Notes under the pieces: model-generated | Database searches by the model: none | The model's input: only the letters and a program-made list of their open reading frames with translations | What the model was told of the DNA's origin: nothing | Shown here: in pieces, positions 1 through 11,201 of the stretch | How positions within the stretch are numbered: the first letter of the stretch is position 1 | Layout: each line of letters begins with the position of its first letter | Assembly: GCF_000150275.1 (NCBI RefSeq) | Contig: NW_002060944.1 | Span: 3,572,152-3,636,151 of the forward strand | DNA from: Trichoplax adhaerens | Taxonomy: Eukaryota > Animalia > Placozoa | Reading direction: 5' to 3' | DNA length: 64,000 nt | Made by a program: the position numbers and the translations under genes

Positions 1-1569
1 CCTGATGGTGTCTAAATAGTTTTTTAATAAAAGGCTGTACGGCTAGACTACGTATTATTTCTAAGATATTGACTGCAAATCCAATAATTATTAGTAATAT
101 TAGTAAAATTAAATCATTTTATAAGTTATCACTTATTCAAGATGATTTGAGTATGTGGATACATCTAGAACTTAAAAGTTATAAATTGTTGTTTGATTAG
201 CTTTCATTGCAATTAAGGACATGTTGTACTAATGAATTAAGAAGAGTATATGTTAAGGTAATCTAGCTGTAAATTTTCTTTCAATGTATTGTTTTATGCA
301 GATTGTATTCCCGTTCACTTGAACGGGTAATTTAGTAGTAGGATTAGATACATATGTATAATCGAAAATATAGTTAGTTATTTTTCGGCAATATATCTAT
401 TAGTACTGACAATTTTAATCTATCATTATTGCTCTCTTTGATTACTCTCTAATATGATAATCTTTAGGATTCTAATCTTTATTCATGTATTTCAACAACA
501 GCTGTCGTAATTAGAAATCTTAGCTAAGAAGTCTAACAATATTTTTACTAATAATGCTCCATGGCATAAGTTTATAAGCATAACAGCTATACTGTAGATA
601 TGGATTTAATTTATGAAGTTATTTATAATTTGTTGTAATATATTTTATAAATAAAGTCAGTACGGTACTATACCATTATTGCTGTCGCTCTTTCTGATAA
701 ATGCTATCTTTATTAAGATTGTAATAAAAATTCTGAATACGTGATGATAAATCACTTATTGAGTGGACAGTGATTTGAACCTAAAATCACTTAATGAGTG
801 GGCAGTGAATCAAAACCTAATTATGATGATGATTGATTGATTGATTGATTGATGGGACAGTTGTTCGTAGTCCAACATCTGCATTAGAGAAATTTGCACA
901 TAAAAAGGATATTGGTTCTTTTAGCTTCAGCCAAACGTATATAGCACAGAAAATTGTTAGACAAAAACAGAAATTGATTACTATTTTGATACAGTTACAT
1001 GATTATCTGATTGGTCTTCAAACTTCGTAATAACTCCATACTTAAAATTTGAATATTAATAAATGTCTTTATTTCATAAATTGAAACTGATGATCAGTCA
1101 TATATAATAATTTTTGTATTATAATTGATGTAATAGAAGGAAATTGTGCTTCTGAGTACATTATTTCCAAGTACATAAATTAGCTTAAGGTTGGTGAATA
1201 AAATGTTATTATAATCATCATCAAGATTATTACATACAGGTGTACAAAGCTAATTCGAATCAATACTTGGGCTAAATCATTTTATTCACATAACTATTCA
1301 AGTAACTGTAAACGATAATCTTAACAATTTGGGTTACATCAGGAATAAAGATCATGATATAATGATATCACAATGCGGAGGTATATCTAGAGTTAAACGA
1401 CGCTGTAGAGTATTAGTATCGTTCGTCAGCAAAAGCTGTCATATATAAATCTACGAGGAATAATGTGCAGCGACATAACATAGAAATAGGTAAATTCGCA
1501 AACGGATTGCAGGACTTTGTTGCGTTCCCGGAAGTGATTTGAAATTCACGATATCTCATTTACAAAATT

Positions 1570-4500
1570 TCAGGTCTGAGCGTCAGACACTGTATTAATT
1601 ATCCGTAGCGCTATGTTTGCTACACTAATAGCAACATGATATGCGTTTATTTTCATCGCGAAAGAGTCCAAGACGATATTCTCATTACTTCGGTAATAGG
1701 AAGTGGAAACAATGTCTACCTCCGATTTTACAGGAATGGCCTCGTCGAATTTAGGAGAGTAAAATGTTGGAGATTTGATCTCGTTTCGATTTTTCATGCC
1801 ACATCGACAGCGATCTGAAATAGATCTTGAAAGTTTTATCCAGTGATGACCATGTTGAACCTCCGTTAATATTTCTTTTTCATTTTGATTTAAACTCGAA
1901 ACAATTTTAATGAGTGATAGCTGGAAACTATCTAAAATAGTGAAAAATTTACCTAAAATGAAATATCGCTGTTAATATTTATATTTCTGAGACTTAATTG
2001 TAATATCTTTTAGTCATATACTTTTCGTTAATTGGACTTGAGATTTTGCAGAATTGAATAATGATTCTCTCTAAGTTAATAATGCAGCAAATTGACAATC
2101 AATTAATTATTTAGTTGAAAGAAAATATACTGTAATACAACTTACATAAGTATTCACTAAATCTTAAGAAAACTTACATTTTGCTGCAAATATCTGACCA
2201 ACGTTAATTCTGTGCATCCACTGCCGCATAAGGCGACAGCGTTAGTGACAATTTGTTGAAGGCTGTTAACTAGTAGATTGATATTAAAAAACGTTCGAAT
2301 GAAGCTCATGTCAGTATTTACGCAAGAGATATGGTTGTCGACGTCTATTAATATTGCAAAATACACTTCCTTCTATCAGTGAGTATACAATTCGATATGG
2401 TAAGATGCGTACTTGCGGCTGCTAAAACAAGCTTTATTTCATCACAAGATGTTTCATCCTTCGAGATGATAGCGATAGTTGAAATATTTCTTCCATTGTA
2501 CTTTGAGGGTATCAGATTTAAGAAGCTATAACGCATTGAAGAATAAGATATGGGTATCAGGTTAGCGATATATTATAAGAAATTGCTTAAATTTGGTTTG
2601 CAAAGGCTATACGTTACCATTTATTGTTTATGTGAATATAATTTGCATCTGAGATGGCTCCGAAGTGATGATCTTTAATTTCTGTAAAACTAGTGCTTAG
2701 GACAGTAGCTCCGGTTATCTTTTTTACCTTTCCTATGTTTAAAATGGATAAGCGGTCGCAAACGAATATTCCCTATTGGAATGAAATTAGCAACATTAGA
2801 AAATTGAATAATGTAGAGGATACATCCATCATTATAGATGTTTCTCTCTAGTATCGAGATTAACCAGTGGAGGCTATACTGATATATTTTAATTATGAGA
2901 TAAGTAACAGTGCTAGGATTAGCATCAGATAGTAAAAAAACGAGAACAGCACCCACATTGGTTTCTAGGGCTAATTTAAAAGTAGGATGGACACACTTTT
3001 GACAGCCAACAAATCCGACATGATTAGCTTTCAAAATTTCTATTAATCGTCTAAACCTTTCCATTGCTATAGATGAAAGTTTTAAACTCCTGTCGTCCTT
3101 TGTTGCAATTAAAGTTATATTTTCTGGTAAACTGTCTGAAATATGTTAACAAATAGCTATAGTATATGTGGTAATAACGGAAGTACAAGAATATGCATTC
3201 ATTATTATAAAGCTATGATAAACCTTCAGGATCTCCCGCTAGCGATATATTGAAAAGAATGACACGAATTGTATTATCGGGCAATCTTAAAAATTGAAAT
3301 TTATTTGCATAGGAGTCACGATCATTTCGAAGAGTGAATGAATTATCGATCAATATTCCATCTAAAAGTTTCGATTCCGAAGCGCTTTCACCATAACAGT
3401 GTATAAATTGAATGCATTCTTGTAGTGAAAACTGTTCTTGACTTGTTGGTGAGGGGATAGCATTTACAAATCCCTAGAAGTAAATTAATTATCCATAATG
3501 CAGCAAAAATAAATATCAGGAATAGCTATATAGATCTGGTAATATTATCAAATCTTGTTAGTAAGTGTTCATGTACATACTTTAATCAATAGTAATGATA
3601 AGTGACTTATTTCACTATCGTTCAGCGTGCAAGTCGGTTTAGTGCATAGTATGCTCTTCATAAATGCTAACATTGTTTTTATGCTGCTAATATCAACATT
3701 AATTCGACACGGGCAGGTATCACTTTGAAAGAAATCAATGCAGCACTTTAAAATAAATTCGTAGCAGGCAATAATGGAATGATTGGGGATAGAAAGCCGG
3801 GAGGCAGAAGTAATAAGGCTGAAACAGCAAATGAGATCAATTATATTTGTTAAATGGATAAACTAACTGTATACATGACAACATGTGAACATTCGCAGGA
3901 GATTACTTGATTGTTAATTGGATAAGAAATAATCCACCGTCATCAAATCGAGCGAGATGTTCTCGGACTGCAGATATAATAATATGCATTACTGGGTGTC
4001 CAGGTGGTAATTGATTTAAAATCCTTTTGCTGGAAGATGTAACCGTTACGTGACCACCTTGGCTTGTCTGCAAGAATTTTAACCTGACGAAATAGAAAGA
4101 AAGCATTAGCAGTATTTGGATAAGTATAGGCCAAAGTACAGTATTCATGATATACTGTATATGCTAGTACAGGTAGTGTTTGGATATACATCTACAGTAT
4201 TTATTCAGATAATCAGAGCGAGGCTGATTTTGGGAAAGTCATATAGTATCAGTAGGGAGTTTGAAGTTAAATTAGTATTCCAACGAGTATATTGTAATAC
4301 GGTAAAGCAGAGTTTTGCGAAAGCTATTCTAGAGGAGCCTTTTACATTTTTAGTTTTCTAGTAGTATTGGCGTTACCTGCCTAATGGTCCAAAGCTTGTC
4401 GAGATAACAGTTCCTAATTTGGATAGTTCATTTAATAACTTTCCAAAGTGCTCAACTTGAGTTGTCTAAACAGCGCAGTAAGGAATACAAATCTGTAGAA

Positions 4501-4605
4501 TTATAATTGATTCGTGATAACATAGCACTTCTATTACAATCAAGGTCTACTATTACGAAATACGTCAATTGCAAATGCAAGTTGTTGGAAGGGATATGAT
4601 GTCAT
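1570..4605 (-). CDS. MKKS: McKusick-Kaufman/Bardet-Biedl syndrome 6 chaperonin-like protein, 11 exons, ~588 aa
   Basis: Hand-spliced GT-AG exons in consistent phase: 4564-4605, 4377-4465, 3907-4083, 3581-3818, 3224-3473, 2957-3135, 2618-2772, 2413-2525, 2178-2269, 2022-2070, 1570-1952. Peptides TSFGPLGRLKFLQTSQGGHVTVTSSS..HPVMHII..FDDGGLF, FQSDTCPCRINVD, CQKCVHP, LCGSGCTE, HGHHW..CRCG and VLDSFAMK..AISVAN match MKKS as I recall it (SCYGPSGRLKQ..GGYVCTTSQS, SETCGCRIPVDF, CQKVIHP, GGGCTE, YGHLW..CGCG, LDCLTAK). Confidence 0.93.
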
Positions 4606-5779
4606 GACATCTATAGATGGTCTACTCGTATGTAGCATGAATATGCCATTGCAGCTTATGATAATGTACTTTGTGTCGTCTTACGGAAATTGCATACTAT
4701 GCCAACAAATGAGAAAGGAACTCAATTGGTGTACAGTAAAACCGGTAAAACCACAGATGCTTGTGAAAGCATTTGATGATCTTGCATGCTCCGTTAAAAG
4801 AAAGATTTTTCTTGGCGACTAATTTACTACTATTTATAGATACTATATATCTTATAGCTACTTTGCACGTTTATATTATGAGCAAGGCTTTATTTAGTAC
4901 TTTCCATGTTTATACATTAAGCACAAGACTTGATTGACTCCGTATACAGTCAATTAAATATCATTTGCTCATCCACATCACTTAGTACAGTGTCTTTTCT
5001 ACAGTATTAAGATACAAGATATGTTTGTATTTCTATGCTTAGGTAACGTTAGCTACAACGGTAGATCACGCGCAAGACTTTATTGCCTTTACATGTTTAT
5101 GCATTAACCTTTTAAGAGCTTTACTATGGCAATGTAACGTGACCATCACTGTTTTTTTTTTTATTCAATTTAACTACTCGATGCAACATTTACGTGTAAT
5201 TAGAAGCAACGATAGGGTTTGGAGGTTATTGGATGTTTTAAATGTAATTTATATGAGATACTGCATGGAATGGTACTATACTTGGAAGCTTCAATTCAAC
5301 TAAACGGCAAGACTGTATAAACTCGTATACAATCCATTTAATGCCATTTGCTCATCGGCATCACACAGTACAATATGTCTTTCATACAGCATCTGAATAC
5401 GAGATAGGTTTATATTTCTATGCTTAGATAAAGTTAGTTACAACTTTGTAGTCAATTATTTACTTGTGGGCTTACCCCAGAGTATTTTTCTGGCGTAATT
5501 CTTGACTTGGCCATTGATTGTTGAGCAGCTAGACTGTTGTTATGCTGTGTTGTCCTTCACTGTATAGTATACCGCCAGTCTTGCGTTTGTTTTAACCATT
5601 ACAGTATTATATCGAACTACTGCTAAATCAGCATCTGTCTAGGATAGAGTTTTGAAGGAAATGCGATTTTTAAAGTAAAAGTAGTATTATTATTTATTTA
5701 TTAAACATGATCATCGGGAGCTTTCTTTATCGAGGATCGTGTAATCAATGAAGGCTTGGAGTGGGTCCTGCGCAAGTCC

Positions 5780-7200
5780 GGCCCAGTACAACAGTACTTA
5801 GTAGTGAGGATTTAGACTGCTCTGTAAGCTTGCAAAGTACTGTACAGTACTGTCATCATATTGAACAGGTATAATGCTACGGTAGATTATTGTGCAAAAA
5901 TATTGTCATCGCCTTTAGCATTGATTGATAATGACGAATTGACGATGATTCATCTGGACACTGGGTACAATACTACAAGATGTGTAAAATAGATGTCGTC
6001 CAAAGGCTTGCAAAACTTGTTTGGTACACTGTCCAAGGCTACCTCTACTTTTGACATCTACAGTATTTTACTCCATGACAGTACAGTACTGTACTGTACA
6101 GTACATTGATTGGCCTGGTACAGTACTGTACTCTACAGTACTTCTAGTTATACTGTACTGTACAGTACTTACAGTACATTGACTGTGACATACTGTAGAC
6201 ACTGGGTACAATACTACAAGATGTACAGTATAAAATAGATGTCGTCCAAAGGCATGCAAAATTTGTTTGGTACACTGTCCAAGGCTGCCTCTACTTTTGA
6301 CATCTATTTTGCTCCATGACAGTACAGTACATTGATTGGCCTGGTATAGTACAGTACTGTACTCTACTCTACCGTGCTGTAGTATAAGAAATGGGTACAT
6401 TATCAAATGGCCGTAGACCTGTCAGAGGTTCGATTCCAAACCGATTTATGTCGACGTGAACTGTGGTTCGTCGGTTCGGTTCTACTACAATATGAGTACT
6501 GTAGTAAAAGTACTGTACTGTACAGTATTGTACTGTACAGTAGTGCTGTACCGTGCATTTGTACAGTACAGCAGACAGTACACGGTACGGTATAAAGTTA
6601 CTGAACCTCTGTTAAATGAGCACATTATCGTAAACCGTCAGTAAAGCGACAGGAGCTTGCACTCATATATATCCAGTATACAGTATATACTGTATATTAT
6701 ACAGTATGAATGAATGGGTAAGAGTGTTCCACATACAGTAGCTAAAAATGGAGAGTTACTGTAAGATTAGAGAAATGCGGTATGTACAGTATATCAGTAT
6801 ACTGTATGTCATACACTCTACTACTACACAGTACACGGTATAAAGTTACTGAACCTCTGACAGGTCTACGACAAATGGTAATACTATCTGTTAAATGAGC
6901 ACATTATCGTAAACCGTCAGCAAAGCGACGGGAGTTTGCACTAGTCTAACTGAAAAGAGTCCAATTTTTGGCAATGGCAGTACCGTAGCAGAGGAGAGAT
7001 CGAAGCGAAAAGAGTCCCAATTTTTGGCAATGGCAGTACCGTACCGTACATTGCACTGTATATAACAGTGCACTATACTGTAGACAATGAACTCGGCACT
7101 TCATACATCAGTCCCAGTTCGGACTGACACTGGACTCCGATGCAATACAGTACAGTACAGTCGATAGGAAATTCACACGTGTGCTTACTGTACAGTACTT
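5780..7200. repeat. (GTACW)n / TACAG-CTGTA pentamer-rich island in the MKKS-PMPCA divergent promoter
   Basis: Dense runs such as GACAGTACAGTACTGTACTGTACAGTAC (6077-6104) and AGTACTGTACTGTACAGTA (~6510), interspersed with unique and duplicated sequence. Confidence 0.9.
6411..6871. mobile_element. MITE-like element with 20-bp TIRs and a 7-bp flanking direct repeat
   Basis: CGTAGACCTGTCAGAGGTTC (6412-6431) is the exact reverse complement of 6851-6870. CAAATGG lies at 6404-6410 and 6872-6878, one base outside each TIR. Subterminal GGTTC repeats are present. Confidence 0.6.
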
Positions 7201-7250
7201 CAGGCTACTTCAGGCTGTCTGCAGCTTAACGCTACACACAAGATTCAGCT

Positions 7251-10242
7251 ATGGCATGGCAACGACTTCTCCAGTCTCCTCGGCAAATTTCATCTGGTCG
7301 ATATATCCACCAGCTATCACGTTATTATTGCTCATCGTATCAACAGATACCTTTATCGCAACCTTTGCCTAATATAGCTACTCCTAAATATGCTCCTACT
7401 ATCGAGAATAGTACTCAGAATCCACAGTTAACACAATTATCCAATGGCATTAAGGTCATTACTGCACCATGTTATGGACAAGTTGGCTATATTGGAGGTA
7501 GGGATGCTTATAGTATGCTCATGGCATGTAGAACAAAGTTGACAACGATGCTCATAGCTTTGTCTAAGGTATGCGCACGTCTTCTTTTTTAAAATGTAGC
7601 GATAGTGGACGCTGGATCACGCTATGAATTAGCTTTCCCTAAAGGCATTTCTCACTTGATGGGAAAGATATGTTTCCAGGTATGGATGCTATTTGTAAAT
7701 AATACGCGTAGAGAGAAGGCAAGTTGCCGATTGCACTTGTGTTTTCATCATCGATCATGGCTTCTATAGCAGTAACCATGGCATTGACAAGAATCATCTT
7801 TTCAGCGTTTATAAATGAATTGTAGATACTTCACTTTTTTCTAATGAATAATTGTTCAAATTACTAAATAATGAAATAGGGTTCACGAAAGTTTGAGAAT
7901 AAAGAAGATTTCATCGATAAACTAGATTCCTATGGTGTGAATGTACAATGTGAAATGAATAGGTAACTACTGAGTAAAAGTCTCATCAAATTTGAATGCT
8001 ACTCAGAATGCTAAACGAAGGGACAGTGTGTATTGTTCAACATGTCGTACACTATACGACCAACGACATACAAAATGTTCTTTCCTAAAAGAATAAATAT
8101 TATATTTCCTGTGAGCAATACTTGAAACGTGACTTTTATTACAAGTAATTATAGTGCAAAATACTGCTAAAGAAAAGGCAAAATATCAAGATTATACGCT
8201 ATGCATTTAGCTAAATGTGTTATTGTTGTCTGCCTTGCGCTCTATTTTAAATCAGAATGTCTAATTTGCTTATTTAAACTGCAATCTTTAATGACAGTAC
8301 AATTTTATTGATTAGCTTTAGTTATACGCGTATTATTCTAGTAATTGCATTCAATGCTTGAAATTCTAATGACTAGTTTGCTACACTCATTTAGAGATTG
8401 TGCCGTTTATTCTATCTCTGGCTTTCGCCACGGAATACCAGATATGTTTGCAGCCTTAGCCGATTCTATTTTATTTCCTGACCTTTCACAGAGAAATGTA
8501 AATGATAATCTTATCTGCATATTAATTCACTCACATTATACTTGTAATGCAGTCGTGGTAATTGTACTTTTTAGAAAGGAATATTATTACTCGTTGGTAA
8601 ATCCGATATCATGTGTGTTGTCATTTTTCTAGGTAGAAAACCAAAAAGCGGCCCTAAATGCAGAATTAGAACACATTAAAATGATGGCGGATGCAGAAAT
8701 TATTTTAACTGAACTAATACATGGGGTAGATAAATACTGTAATAAAGCTACTGACACCGACTGATAAGGAAAAAGTGCACTAATGTTTTGTGTTGTTATA
8801 CGTTTAGGCAGCTTACGGAGAAAAGAGTGTTGGATTTTCGAAATTTGCTGATATGGAAACCTTTCCCGAGATCGATACATCGTCGTTACAACGTTATCAT
8901 GAACTGCTCTACACACCGAAACGACTAGTTATTGGTGGGGTCGGCGTTAACCATCAAGAACTTGTGGAATTAGCTGAAAAATATTTCGTAAGCGATGTAC
9001 CTAGTTGGTTTAAGTCATCAACATCACCGGTGGAGGATGAGACGGAATATATAGGATCGAATGTAATTGTAAGTAACAGTAATAGCAGATTCTTGCGCAT
9101 TGCGCTTCCATCTGTAAATATCCGGTATGCTTGTAATTGAAGATGGACCTACCAAAGGCCCCTGCAGGTCCGACCATGACTGCAGCAATGGTGTCCGAAT
9201 TGTCCCATGCAGCTTTTGCTTTACAAGGTGTTTCATATATGGATCCCGATTTCTTTAGTTTAGCAGTTTTGAGCTTATTGATGGGAGGTGGCGGATCTTT
9301 CTCAGCTGGTGGTCCTGGAAAAGGAATGTATTCTAGAATTTATAGATCTGTTCTATGTAACTATTACTGGATGTTTTCTTGCCTTTGCTTACAACATTGT
9401 TACGTTGATAGTGGCTTATTTGTAATAAATGCAAGTGCTCCTCCTGAACAGGTATTTTATATTATAAATCTAAACTAGCTTATAATAATAGTATTGTTAT
9501 TGTGGTGGCAAATTAACGTTTACGTACACGTATGAACATTTTGAAGTTGTCATAACGCTAGTGATTCCTTGACGTTTAGATGGGGCAGCTTGCTGAAGTG
9601 GTCATGACCACAATTTGTAATATGAAAAATGGATTTCATAAGGTATGGCGTGAACTGTTCCGTTATTTCTGATGTTACGATAATAAAAGGATGTTATCCT
9701 ATGTTTATTCTATAATAACTGATTGCTTTATATTTGCAATATTATAATTTCGATATTTGCTTTAGGACGAAGTCTCTCGTGCTAAAAGGCAACTTCAGTC
9801 TGTACTATTAATGAATTTAGAATCGAAACAGATTATGCTAGAAGATTTATGTCGGTTAGTAAAATTCAATGGATAGACATAAGCTACACTATTTTACATC
9901 GTGGTCAACTGTACGTATAATTCAATTTAATCTCTAGGCAAACCTTATCTCTACCTGCTTATACCTCAGTTCAAGAATTATGCGATAACATAGGTACACT
10001 ATTTAAGGCTTTGCTAATGGATACCATCCAAGTTATTATGACTAAGCGTTGTTCTATCTCTCAATACAGAGCAAGTTACGGAAGAAAGCTTAATACGCGT
10101 TGTAGATAGGATACTAAGTTCGAAATTATCCGTTGCCGCTTACGGAAATCTAAAGCATTTTCCATCTCATGAGCAAATGCAAGAAGCTATGACGAACAAT
10201 GGTCGGATTAAATCACAAAGTAGATTTTCTTTCTATTCCTAA
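7251..10242 (+). CDS. PMPCA: Mitochondrial-processing peptidase alpha subunit (M16B), 11 exons
   Basis: Exons 7251-7497, 7600-7679, 7880-7962, 8395-8497, 8633-8725, 8808-~9068, 9143-9451, 9580-9642, 9766-9854, 9938-9993, 10070-10242 (TAA). Arg-rich presequence-like N-terminus, TQLSNGIKV, DAGSRYE..GISH, the diagnostic glycine-rich loop LMGGGGSFSAGGPGKGMYSR, and RAKRQLQSVLLMNLES. Confidence 0.96.
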
Positions 10243-11201
10243 ATTGTTATGATATTAAATTTTTACTTCACTATTTTGTATGTTAATCTGCTTTAAAGGG
10301 CTTGACTATAAGGACTGATTTTAAATTTTCGCATATTATATTTATACCGCAATTGTAAACTTTGTTCAGATTATCAAAATTCTTTTGAAATTTAAAACTA
10401 CTATTAATCATTGCGACCTTTAATAAAATTTTGATGGCTAAAGCGCAGATATCTCAAAAGATATTGCAATCACGTTGATGTTATTATTTATTAGTAAAAA
10501 TTTACATATTTAGAGAGCCTTGATAATATTCGTATGATTAGTAATAATACAATATTAAAAATGCCACACATTGCCGGAAGGATTAAAGTGTTGCTTCATG
10601 TCTAGTAGTAACCAAATAACATTTTGGCAATTCTTTCCGTAAAGATTTGGCAAGTAAATGGATGTATAATCAATTCCTTAAGGATTTCATATATATATAT
10701 ATATATATACATAAATGCAAAACCATAATTGAAAATAGTCACGCAGCAATATAAGTCTAGAACGGTCATAGAATTACAATTGTAGCAGGCAATGCAGTTT
10801 AATCCCACCGCAACATAGGAAAAAGTTACTCTAGCATTAACAACATTGAACCTAACTTAAGGAGATTAAGTGCAATAACTGTAAAATCTAACTTATCAAA
10901 ATCATAAAATTGTAACAATTAGCGTGTCAAAACCAACTTTTAGTATTCACGGTATGTGACAAGCTCCATTAATCGCAGAAGCATCATCTCTACAAGACAC
11001 TATTACCCATTAAATTGCCAAATGATAGTATTTCGTGTACTCCCAACCTTCGGCTGAGTAGCATTCCATCGAAGTGGATGGATATAAACCGGCGCATTAC
11101 GTTTATACGTTCGTATTTACTTCGTTTTTATCCGATTGCTTTATATACATAATAGGAATTAGGATGTCGATATTTAAAGTATCTCACAAAGGGAATGTTG
11201 A

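Noticed and set aside
5120-5133. X-box-like TTTACTATGGCAAT upstream of MKKS
   Set aside because: Mismatches at both ends; similar partial matches occur elsewhere, so it is not distinguishable from chance.
6068-6644. ORFs rich in TVQY/STVLYC
   Set aside because: Translations of the (GTACW)n repeat, which lacks stop codons in all frames; no protein-like features.
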